Of a DNA stretch of 64,000 bases, positions 9,892-18,653 are shown in pieces (the stretch's first letter is position 1; each line of letters opens with the position of its first letter). The translations under genes were made by a program, and so were the position numbers. Below the pieces are notes generated by a model. It was not told the DNA's origin and did no database searches. It saw nothing but the letters and a program-made list of their open reading frames with translations. Source of the DNA: Ignavibacteriota bacterium (GTDB taxonomy: Bacteria; Bacteroidota; Ignavibacteria; UBA10030); contig OY969585.1 of NCBI GenBank assembly GCA_963701295.1, positions 1,664,001-1,728,000 of the forward strand, in the 5' to 3' direction.

Positions 9892-10026
9892 ATGAGTAAA
9901 GGTCAAAACAGTAAAGATGGTTCAAAGAAAAAACCAGCAAAAACCATGAAAGAAAAAAAGGCGGCTAAAAGAGAGAAGAAAAGTGGAAAGATTAACCAAG
10001 GAATGGTTATTCAACCACATATGTGA
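9892..10026 (+). CDS. Small Lys-rich protein, 44 aa (below the track cutoff)
   Basis: MSKGQNSKDGSKKKPAKTMKEKKAAKREKK...; perfect AAGGAG RBS; resembles a widespread small basic peptide family. Confidence 0.65.
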   Translation: MSKGQNSKDGSKKKPAKTMKEKKAAKREKKSGKINQGMVIQPHM

Positions 10027-10412
10027 GATTTTAAATGAAGGAAATAAAACCCGCCGCCCTCAGAATAGTATCGATCTCAGGGATCGGCTAGACCGGGTTA
10101 ATATTCTGGTTTTGCCGGAATTAAGTTTTCTGAGGAGATATGTTGAAATTTCCACATTGGATATATCCCGTCAAGACGCATGTAGTATGAAGTACTATTC
10201 AGATTTATCTGTATGGTATGCCTCTGGATCTTCGGATCGATAATAGTAGGTGCAGGTATTCTGATATGATTTTCATGAAAAAACTATTTGTAAAGAAAGA
10301 ATAATTACCTCTCCCGTTGTTCTTTTCTCGTCAAGTATTCTTTATGTCATGGGTAATTCTGGTCGGTTTCATGAGGTAGATTAATAGTGGTTGAACTAGA
10401 AAGGTGAATTCG

Positions 10413-10793
10413 ATGAAAAAAAATGTGGGTTTGTGGATTGACCATAAGAAGGCTGTGATTTTTAGTTTGGCAGATGAAGGAGCTGAAATAAAACGAATAT
10501 CGTCAGAATTAAAAAATGATGTCCTGCTCCCCGGAGGGGCGCAAAAGGAATCTGTAGAGGAACATGGGGACAAGCGTTTAACCGGCCATCTGAACAATTA
10601 CTATGATGAAATACTCTCTTATATGCGTGATGCGGAATCTATTTTGATATTTGGCCCCGGTGAGGCAAAGGTCGAACTTAAAAAACGTCTTGAGAATATG
10701 GAACTAAATGGACACATTGTTGGTATTGAAACAGCAGACACGATGACAGATAACCAGATTGTGGCAAAAGTACGCCAACGCTTTCTGAAATAG
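10413..10793 (+). CDS. Hypothetical protein, eRF1-domain-2/host-attachment-like family
   Basis: GLWIDH.KAVI; ILIFGPGEAK; ETAD.MTDNQIVAKVR. Confidence 0.65.
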   Translation: MKKNVGLWIDHKKAVIFSLADEGAEIKRISSELKNDVLLPGGAQKESVEEHGDKRLTGHLNNYYDEILSYMRDAESILIFGPGEAKVELKKRLENMELNGHIVGIETADTMTDNQIVAKVRQRFLK

Positions 10794-10935
10794 AATCTGC
10801 TTTCCCGGGACACTCTCTCCATAGGAATGGTCATCACAGAATATATTGTCACGTTGGAAACAACAAAAACATTTCCTTACAAGAGGTTAAAATCATGAAA
10901 AAACTAAATGATGGAATTTCTATATCGGTGCTCGC

Positions 10936-12411
10936 ATGACAAATACAGAGGACAAACGACACCGTTCCATCCTGCAACGAATTGCACATCGGGCGATGAT
11001 AGAAAGAGGACTTCTTCCAGATTTTTCTTCTCAGGCGATTGCCGAGCTTAACGGAATTCAAGGGGCTTCCACAACTGTTGAAAAATCGACGCGTGATCTT
11101 AGGAATCTTGCATGGTGCTCTATAGATAATGATGATTCGCGCGATTTGGATCAGCTTACTGTTGCCGAAAACATGCCGGAGGGAGCAGCAAAGATTCTTG
11201 TCGCCATCGCCGATGTTGAAGTTGTCGTCAAGAAGCAATCAGCGCTTGACGATCATGCAGAGCACAACACCACCTCGGTCTATACCGCTGCGCAGATATT
11301 CCCAATGCTGCCCGAGAAGCTCTCGACCGATCTCACATCTCTCAACTTTGAATCAGACCGCCTTGCCATCGTCATTGAAATGGTTATTGCCGGCGACGGC
11401 TCGCTTCAAAGTTCGGATATTTATCGAGCGGTGGTTTGCAATCGTGCAAAGCTTGCCTACAACAGTGTTGCTGCTTGGTTGGAAGAAACTGGGCCAATGC
11501 CGCAGGCAATCGGTTTAGTCAATGGCCTTGACGAAAATCTCCGACTCCAGGACCGCACAGCCCGAAAGCTGAAATCACTCCGGCACGAGCACGGTGCGCT
11601 TGATCTCGAAACAATAGAAGCCCGCCCTATATTTGAGGGAGATGAGATCAAGGACTTAGCAATTGAAAAAAAGAACAGTGCCAAAGGTATCATAGAGGAC
11701 TTTATGATTACGGCAAACGGTGTGACGGCACGATACCTTGCAGACAAAAAGTTTCCATCGCTACGGCGTGTTGTCCGGACACCAAAACGCTGGGATCGAA
11801 TCGTCGAGATTGCCTTAGAACACAATTTCACACTTCCTCAAGAGCCCAATTCAAAAGCCCTGGATGAATTCTTGCTTTCTGCAAAAACTGCGGATCCACT
11901 TCGCTTTCCCGATCTTTCTCTTAGTGTCATCAAGCTCTTAGGCGCCGGTGAATATGTCGTCGAACTTCCAGGCAGAGATTCTGCTGGACACTTCGGCCTT
12001 GCAGTCAAAGATTATTCTCACTCCACTGCACCGAACCGCCGATATCCCGATTTGATCACGCAGCGGTTAGTGAAAGCTGCGATGGCGAAGGATCCCATGC
12101 CGTATACGACTGATACATTGGCAGAACTCGCAAAGCACTGCACTGAAAATGAGGACGCGGCGAAAAAGGTTGAACGGCAGGTTGGAAAATCTGCAGCAGC
12201 TATGGTATTGGAGTCAAAAATAAATCAACAGTTCGATGCTTTTGTGACAGGCGCATCTGCTAAAGGAACGTGGGTCCGTCTTCTACATCCGCCTATTGAA
12301 GGAAGACTGGTGAGCGGCTTTGAAGGCTTGGATGTTGGCCACAGAATCCGAGTACAGTTACTGCACACTGATGTAGAGCGGGGATATATTGATTTTAAGA
12401 AAGTGGAATAA
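10936..12411 (+). CDS. RNB-domain exoribonuclease (RNase II/R-like, short form)
   Basis: SIDNDDSRDLDQ; AIADV; HFGLA..DYSHSTAPNRRYPDL; C-terminal S1-like domain. Confidence 0.9.
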   Translation: MTNTEDKRHRSILQRIAHRAMIERGLLPDFSSQAIAELNGIQGASTTVEKSTRDLRNLAWCSIDNDDSRDLDQLTVAENMPEGAAKILVAIADVEVVVKKQSALDDHAEHNTTSVYTAAQIFPMLPEKLSTDLTSLNFESDRLAIVIEMVIAGDGSLQSSDIYRAVVCNRAKLAYNSVAAWLEETGPMPQAIGLVNGLDENLRLQDRTARKLKSLRHEHGALDLETIEARPIFEGDEIKDLAIEKKNSAKGIIEDFMITANGVTARYLADKKFPSLRRVVRTPKRWDRIVEIALEHNFTLPQEPNSKALDEFLLSAKTADPLRFPDLSLSVIKLLGAGEYVVELPGRDSAGHFGLAVKDYSHSTAPNRRYPDLITQRLVKAAMAKDPMPYTTDTLAELAKHCTENEDAAKKVERQVGKSAAAMVLESKINQQFDAFVTGASAKGTWVRLLHPPIEGRLVSGFEGLDVGHRIRVQLLHTDVERGYIDFKKVE

Positions 12412-12510
12412 TTTATAGAGAATGATTTCGTCGTGTTTGCCAGGCGATGATAACCCAATTGTTGTTTGGACCAAAGGGGACGAATATGATGTTCATCAAG
12501 GAGATGTAAA

Positions 12511-13602
12511 ATGAAAAACGTTGGGTTATTGAGCCCTTACAAACTAGGTAACATTGATCTGAAAAATCGAATCGTTATGGCACCAATGACGCGCTCTCGT
12601 GCACCGGGTAATGTGCCAAACGAATTAATGGCCGAATTCTATGGACAGCGTGCTACCGCAGGACTCATTATTACCGAAGGGACGTCTCCTTCGCCGAATG
12701 GTCTCGGTTACAGCCGTATCCCCGGAATCTTTAGCGGAATACAAGTGGAAGGTTGGAAGAAAATTACACATGCCGTACATTCCAAAGGTGGAAAAATATT
12801 TGTTCAGCTCATGCATACCGGGCGCATCTGCCATCATGCAAATATGCCAAAAGACGCAGTAATTATTGCGCCCTCTGCCGTGAAGCCAGCCGGACAAGTG
12901 TGGACAGACGCTCTGGGATTGCAGGATTTTCCTATCCCCAAAGAAATGGTTATTGAAGAAATAAAACATACGATACAAGAATACATTACCGCTGCGGCGA
13001 ATGCGATAAAAGCCGAATTTGACGGCATAGAACTCCATGGTGCCAATGGATACCTCTTAGAGCAATTCTTGTCTCCTGTGAGTAATAAAAGAAATGATGA
13101 CTACGGAGGCAGTATAGAAAACCGTTGCCGTTTCCTTTTGGAAGTAGTGCGAGGCGCGGTCAAAACAATTGGAAAGGAGAGAGTCGGTATACGTTTATCT
13201 CCTTACGGTGTAGCAAGCGATATGCCTTATTATCCTGAAATTGATAGCACATATAAGTATCTTTCTGAGCAGCTCAATCACATGGAGATCCTGTATATCC
13301 ATATTGTAGACCACAGCAGCATGGGAGCACCAGCAGTGCCTATCGAGATTAAAAAAGCTATCCGCGAAAGATTTCAAGGTGTAATTATTCTGAGCGGTGG
13401 ATATACAAAAGAACGCGCTGAAAACGAAGTACAAGGCGGACTTGCAGAACTTATCGCATTCGGCAAACCATTTATTAATAATCCTGATCTCGTTGAACGA
13501 TTCATTAACGGCTGGCCGATTTCAAAGGAGCTTGATATGAAAACATTCTATTCTCCAGGTGAAAAAGGATATACAGACTATCCTTTATATGCTGTTAGTT
13601 GA
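12511..13602 (+). CDS. Alkene reductase, old yellow enzyme (NemA-like)
   Basis: NRIVMAPMTRSRA; ELHGANGYLLEQFL; NKR.D.YGGSIENR.RF; GYTDYP. Confidence 0.9.
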   Translation: MKNVGLLSPYKLGNIDLKNRIVMAPMTRSRAPGNVPNELMAEFYGQRATAGLIITEGTSPSPNGLGYSRIPGIFSGIQVEGWKKITHAVHSKGGKIFVQLMHTGRICHHANMPKDAVIIAPSAVKPAGQVWTDALGLQDFPIPKEMVIEEIKHTIQEYITAAANAIKAEFDGIELHGANGYLLEQFLSPVSNKRNDDYGGSIENRCRFLLEVVRGAVKTIGKERVGIRLSPYGVASDMPYYPEIDSTYKYLSEQLNHMEILYIHIVDHSSMGAPAVPIEIKKAIRERFQGVIILSGGYTKERAENEVQGGLAELIAFGKPFINNPDLVERFINGWPISKELDMKTFYSPGEKGYTDYPLYAVS

Positions 13603-13624
13603 CGAACAGTAAAAGAATTATATT

Positions 13625-14122
13625 ATGAAAATACACTTGCCCGAGAACGAACAGAACCTTCTGCCGCCGGCTGATTGGGCGGCAGAAATTCAGAGATTGC
13701 AAGAAAAGCTAATAAATGAACGCGACCGAAACCTCCGCACACTTGCAGACTTTAAGAATTATCGCCGCCGCATTGAACGTGATGGCAATACGATTGCCAA
13801 GGAAAGTGAGCGGGGAATGTTGCTTCCTCTGCTAGATATCGTCGACGACATGGAAAAAGCGCTTCAGAGTGCAAATGATGTGAAGCAACCCTTTGTGCAA
13901 GGTGTGCAAATCATCTATCAAAAACTTCTTGCCCTGTTGGAGACATATGGAGTTCTCCCTTTCGAAAGTGTTGGTACGCCATTCAATCATAATTTGCATG
14001 AAGCTGTGGCGATGGCGAAATATGAAGGTAGTGAACCGGGAACCGTTGTTAATGAATTGCGTCGCGGCTATCTCTGGAATAATGAACTACTGCGCGTTGC
14101 GCAAGTACGAGTTGCCGGATGA
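13625..14122 (+). CDS. grpE: Nucleotide exchange factor GrpE
   Basis: RTLADFKNYRRR; LL.IVDDMEKAL; G.PF..NLHEAV; GY......LR.AQV.V. Confidence 0.9.
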   Translation: MKIHLPENEQNLLPPADWAAEIQRLQEKLINERDRNLRTLADFKNYRRRIERDGNTIAKESERGMLLPLLDIVDDMEKALQSANDVKQPFVQGVQIIYQKLLALLETYGVLPFESVGTPFNHNLHEAVAMAKYEGSEPGTVVNELRRGYLWNNELLRVAQVRVAG

Positions 14123-14173
14123 TAAAGATCATGTGTGATAGCGCCCCGGAAATAAGTATAAAAAGGTAAAACT

Positions 14174-15100
14174 ATGAACTACAAAGATTACTACAAGGTA
14201 TTGGGCGTCGGAAAAACAGCCACAACGGAAGAAATCAAAAAGGCATATCGAAAGCTTGCCAACAAATATCACCCTGACAAAACCAAAGGAGACAAAACAG
14301 CCGAAGAGAAGTTTAAGGATATCAATGAAGCCAATGGAATTCTCAGCGATCCGGTGAAGCGAAAAAAATACGATCAGTTTGGCGCAGATTGGAAGCAGTA
14401 CGAGGCAGCCGGAGCGCAACCGGGCGGATTCGATTGGTCGAAGTATACAAGCGGCCGTGGCGGACAAAAACACACCATGAGTCAAGAAGAGTTCAGCGCG
14501 ATGTTTAATGAGGATGGCGGCGGTGATATTTTTGAAACTCTTTTCGGACAGCATTCCAGAGAAAGGCATGGGAAAAGGAACAGGGCGATCAAAGGAGAGG
14601 ATTCGGAAGCTGAGACGACACTCTCGCTTGAAGAAGCCTATCATGGTTCGACCCGGTTTCTTAAGGTCAATGGTCAAACAATCAAGATCATTTTGAAGCC
14701 AGGGATCATGGATCAGCAAGTATTAAGATTGGAAGGCAAGGGAGGCCATGGGTTGAACGGCGGCGCAAACGGCGATCTTTACATCACCATCAAAGTCGTA
14801 TCACATCCGGAATTTCAGCGGAGAGGAAATGATCTTTACTGCGATAGGCCGGTCGACTTGTATACTGCCGTGCTCGGCGGTAAGGCGCGGATCAAAACCT
14901 TGAAGGATACGGTCAATGTAGATATTCCCAAAGAAACGCCCAACGGCAAGATGCTGAGACTCATGGGTCTCGGGATGCCGGTGTATGGCACAAAAAACGA
15001 ATTTGGGAACCTCTATGTCACTATTGTCATTCAACTACCCGATCATCTCAGTGAGCAAGAAATCGAATTGTTCAGGAAACTATCTTCACTACGGAAATAA
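14174..15100 (+). CDS. cbpA: DnaJ-class chaperone without zinc finger (CbpA-like)
   Basis: J-domain with HPD, G/F-rich linker, DnaJ_C; no CxxCxGxG repeats. Confidence 0.8.
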   Translation: MNYKDYYKVLGVGKTATTEEIKKAYRKLANKYHPDKTKGDKTAEEKFKDINEANGILSDPVKRKKYDQFGADWKQYEAAGAQPGGFDWSKYTSGRGGQKHTMSQEEFSAMFNEDGGGDIFETLFGQHSRERHGKRNRAIKGEDSEAETTLSLEEAYHGSTRFLKVNGQTIKIILKPGIMDQQVLRLEGKGGHGLNGGANGDLYITIKVVSHPEFQRRGNDLYCDRPVDLYTAVLGGKARIKTLKDTVNVDIPKETPNGKMLRLMGLGMPVYGTKNEFGNLYVTIVIQLPDHLSEQEIELFRKLSSLRK

Positions 15101-15431
15101 ACTCCGTTCGCATTCAGATCAGTCTCATTCTACTGTCAAGCGATATTCAATCTTGCACCTCATGGAAGTTCTCTGTCTGTCAGGACGCACGCTAAATAAA
15201 CTGCGGGTAAAAAAATCTTAACAGCATATGAAAATGACTGCGTTACAGGCCTGGGCATATCTTGTATTTTATTTTTAAAATCATTAATTTTCTAACAACA
15301 ACGAGTGTAATCTGAGCAGATAAGTAAAGGGAGATCGCGCCGATTTTCTGAAATCAAGAGAGAGATCAGAATACTGCAACACCTGAGCTCGGAGGTTTCG
15401 ATGCGTCATAGAAATAAAGTGATACTATCCT

Positions 15432-16081
15432 ATGAAAAAAATTAGAATACTCATCATAGACGATAATCGCGTTTTGCGCGAGGGTATCACGACGATGCTC
15501 AATGAGCAGGCAGATATGCACGTCACGGCTACCATAGGAAGCGGCAATAATATTCTGCTGAAAGCAAGCCAAGCAAAACCTCATGTTATTCTTATGGACA
15601 TGGGTATGAAGGATTTCAAAGATGTGTCCATTGTAGAATCGATACGGAAAAAAATGCCGGAAGTGAAAGTGATCGGAATGGGGTTTGTCCCGACACAATC
15701 AGACATCGTTGAGTTTGTTGAAGCAGGAGCATCGGGTTTCATTCTGAAAATCGCGACAGTAAAGGAATTTATCGGCACCATTCGATCTGTGGCAAAGGGA
15801 ATAAAAGTTCTCCCCCCTCTCTGGCCGGTTCACTTTTTACTCATGTGATTGAGCTTGCTCTTAAAAAGAGGAAGGGAAGAACAACCAATGTTGTGCGGAT
15901 GACGAAACGCGAACGTGAAATAATCGTACTGATTGCTGATGGCCTGAGCAACAAAGAAATTGCCCAGCAGCTGAACATCGCTACCCATACGGTGAAAAGC
16001 CATCTGCATAACATCATGGAAAAATTAGCCCTGCACAGCCGCCTGCAAATAGCAAAGTATACCCGCGAAGAGAACTACTAA
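15432..16081 (+). pseudogene. NarL/LuxR-family response regulator split by a 1-nt frameshift in a C6 run (15812-15817); may be a sequencing error
   Basis: REC domain (IIDDN, LMDMGM, GASGFILK) in one frame; LuxR HTH (MTKREREI...GLSNKEIA..LNIA.HTVKSH..NIMEKL) in another; one extra C joins them. Confidence 0.85.
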
Positions 16082-16255
16082 TTTTTGTTGTACAATATGA
16101 CAATGCTACTAAGAAACTTTATTTATCCGCATCCTTAAAAAGAAAATTCCCAAAACAACACACGATCTCTCCTCTTTATTTACTCGTGTTACGCATGAAC
16201 TGAAAACAACCATCGGCGTGCTCAATTCCAAAAAAGCTTCGATCTCTCTATATAT

Positions 16256-16468
16256 GAAACTGCCTAAAAAAGTACCCCATCATTGCGATCCCGCTGCTTT
16301 ATAGCGGGAGAAGCAATCTGCAACCATCTGTTTTGCTTAGTAAACCTTGTTTTGTCCGTCTCAACATTGATGAGTTGAGATCTCGTTCCGACAAAGTCGG
16401 AACGGATGGATTGCTTCATTCGCTTCGCTCACTCACAATGACTGTCTCTTTGCTTTTTAGACAGCCTC
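16256..16468. mobile_element. Non-autonomous palindromic element (MITE/REP-like), degenerate copy
   Basis: Imperfect terminal IRs (gaaactgcctaaaaa / tttttagacagcctc); internal tcattgcga...gaagcaatc...gattgcttc...caatga arms; cgttccgacaaagtcggaacg hairpin; related to 21102-21259. Confidence 0.65.
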
Positions 16469-16656
16469 AAAAAGGGCAGGTGAATAGAGCGATTTCTCAC
16501 TGTGATCTGCAAAGTTGGGCTTTCTGCGTAACATCAGTTATTTAGTATTTTTCCCTTTATGAGAATGCTTTTCATCCCCAACACCGGGCGTTTCTTTTTG
16601 CCCTTCTGATCAAACCAGTTCGTTTGTTTTTCATGAGCCTGTTTATATTTAGGCTC

Positions 16657-16725
16657 TTCTAAAAAGAATTAATCCCTTTTTCATCCTTTCGGACTATTTC
16701 TGCTAAACAAAAACATTGCTACAAT
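16657..16725 (+). promoter_or_regulatory. Conserved upstream box, copy 2, with extended -10 TGcTACAAT (TACAAT at 16720)
   Basis: aaaaagaattaatccctttttcatcctttcggactatt; 23-nt spacing to the -10. Confidence 0.75.
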
Positions 16726-16835
16726 TTTACGCCTCACTCTATAAGAGTGATTATCTCTTTTCGAAAAGGGAGATGGGGTTTGTGGAAAATAATTACGTAA
16801 TCATTGTACCGGATTTTTAAAAAAAAGGGTAAGCT

Positions 16836-17393
16836 ATGATGAATCAAAGAATATTTGAAAAGACAGCTCTTCCGCATATGACCATTCTCCATGCTTATGC
16901 ATTGCATCTGACTATGAATTCCGAACATGCGAAGGATCTCTTGCAAGAAACGTATCTCAAAGCATATAGATTCTGGGGCAATTTTGAAAAAGGAACAAAT
17001 ATCAAAGCGTGGTTATATTGTATTATGAAGAATTCATACATAAACTTCTATAGAAAAGAAATAAAAGAGCCGAAGAAGGTGGAATATCAAGAATATCACT
17101 TGCCTTATAGCACGACACAAGAGGCATCTTTCGACAAAAAACATCTTCCGGAAAAGACTTACGATGAAATATTTGGTGACGAAATTGCCCGATCCATCGA
17201 ATCGCTAAAAGATTCTTTCAAGAACATCATCCTTCTCAGCGATGTTGAGGGGCTCACGTATAAAGAAATTGCAAAAGTGATTGATTGCCCGGTAGGTACT
17301 GTACGTTCTCGCTTATATAGAGGAAGAAGCCAATTAAGGAAAAAACTCTTCAAGTATGCTAAGAAGAACGGATATATCCTCCAGGAGTCTTGA
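16836..17393 (+). CDS. ECF-type sigma-70 factor (SigH/SigR-like); no adjacent anti-sigma gene
   Basis: DLLQETYLKAYR; GTN.KAWLY.IMKN; region 4 TYKEIAKVIDCPVGTVRSRLYRGR. Confidence 0.9.
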   Translation: MMNQRIFEKTALPHMTILHAYALHLTMNSEHAKDLLQETYLKAYRFWGNFEKGTNIKAWLYCIMKNSYINFYRKEIKEPKKVEYQEYHLPYSTTQEASFDKKHLPEKTYDEIFGDEIARSIESLKDSFKNIILLSDVEGLTYKEIAKVIDCPVGTVRSRLYRGRSQLRKKLFKYAKKNGYILQES

Positions 17394-17445
17394 ATGTACA
17401 GTTTCCATGAAAGCACACATTCAGTTAAAAAACCGGCGGCATTCC

Positions 17446-17514
17446 TTCCAAAAAGAATTAATCCTCTTTTCATCCTTTCGGACTATTCCTTCTCAATGCA
17501 ATCATTGGTATACT
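17446..17514 (+). promoter_or_regulatory. Conserved upstream box, copy 3, with extended -10 TGgTATACT (TATACT at 17509)
   Basis: ttccaaaaagaattaatcctcttttcatcctttcggactatt; 23-nt spacing to the -10. Confidence 0.75.
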
Positions 17515-17565
17515 TCTTCACGATAGTTCAGGGGATGAGCACTTGAAAGAAAAGGAACTTGCATA

Positions 17566-17877
17566 ATGAACTGGGATAGAATTGAAGGACAGTGGAAGCA
17601 GCGAAGAGGAAAATCGGCGCACCATTGGGGAAAATTAATGAACGACGAGCTTGCTGCCGTCGCGGGGAAACACGAACAGCTTGTGGGAATGCTCCAAGAG
17701 AAATACGGTGTTGTCAAAGAGGAAGCCAAGCGGCAAGTTGATGAGTTCAAAAAAGTTATCGAGCAATTGAAAAAGTCCAATGCCAACCTCATGAGATCAC
17801 AAAAATCATCGAGAAAAAGAAGGAAGAAGTCGAACGGAAAATCGGTAAAAGTAAAAACATCGTCGAGGAAACCGTAA
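17566..17877 (+). CDS. csbD: CsbD-family protein with basic C-terminal extension (paralog of 5897-6208)
   Basis: MNWDRIEGQWKQRRGKSAHHWGKLMNDEL...LQEKYG; same 103-aa length as the first copy. Confidence 0.85.
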   Translation: MNWDRIEGQWKQRRGKSAHHWGKLMNDELAAVAGKHEQLVGMLQEKYGVVKEEAKRQVDEFKKVIEQLKKSNANLMRSQKSSRKRRKKSNGKSVKVKTSSRKP

Positions 17878-17985
17878 ACCATTAAGGGAAATTAGTGAGC
17901 GACGAGTTTGCTAACAATGTGGGAAGCACGAACAGCTTTTGGGAATTCTTCAAAAGAAATACGGTATTATAAAAAAAGGAAAGCC
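17878..17985 (+). pseudogene. Degenerate internal fragment of a third csbD copy
   Basis: accattaagggaaattagtgagcgacgagtttgct...cacgaacagcttttgggaattcttcaaaagaaatacggt aligns to 17621-17727. Confidence 0.7.
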
Positions 17986-17989
17986 TTTT

Positions 17990-18205
17990 AATGATCTCTG
18001 TGGATATGGAATTACGCACTCAATCAAATCTCTGCCAAATAATTTAAGGACTGTCGTATTACTCAGTGATTAAGGTTTGCTGAAATTGCAAAAATACTTG
18101 CTTGTCCAGTAGGTACCGTGCGCTCACAGTTGTACAGGGGTCGAAAATTACTCTAACAAAAGCTGGTAAATTATTCTATAATTGATGGTTATATTTTAAG
18201 GAAGT
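17990..18205 (+). pseudogene. Relic of an ECF sigma factor region 4
   Basis: Translates EIAKILACPVGTVRSQLYRGRKLL*QKLVNYSIIDGYIL, colinear with the C-terminus of 16836-17393; contains stops and indels. Confidence 0.75.
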
Positions 18206-18353
18206 TCGAAAATTCGGAGGATCTGCAAAAAGACAATTTCAAGTAAGGATTGTATACGTTTGCTCTTTGCCGCAGTCTCTGTGTTATATCGGATCAAAAA
18301 CGAATCCACGATCCGGTGTTTTTATCTCCAATTTTATCGGTAATTCCCCGCAC

Positions 18354-18418
18354 TAAAGGGATTAATCCCTTTTTCATCCTTTTGGGCTATTCCCAATAAA
18401 ATATTTCATCATTACAAT
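18354..18418 (+). promoter_or_regulatory. Conserved upstream box, copy 4, with -10 TACAAT at 18413
   Basis: aaagggattaatccctttttcatccttttgggctatt; 23-nt spacing to the -10. Confidence 0.7.
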
Positions 18419-18653
18419 TATACACTTGAGCAGAGGAGTCTTCCACCCTCGAAGGATGGAAGAGAAAGGGCTTATGAAGCAGAGTGAGGCAAAGAGAGAA
18501 TGCTTTCCCGCCAAAGAAATAGAAAATATTCTGAAATCTAAGATAATCACAAAACAAGATTCTATAATAAAAGGAAGAAAGATATAACATAGTTGATTGT
18601 TGTGATATGTTTTCCGTGTCATGAATAAAATCACCACCTGGAGGGTCTTCAAT

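Noticed and set aside
9983-10243. 86-aa ORF from the track
   Set aside because: It overlaps the better-supported Lys-rich ORF and has a GTG start without an RBS or any recognisable motif.
5716-18418. The ~40-bp repeated box as a CRISPR repeat
   Set aside because: Copies are 0.8-11 kb apart with no spacer periodicity and no cas genes. The fixed distance to -10 elements points to a promoter element.
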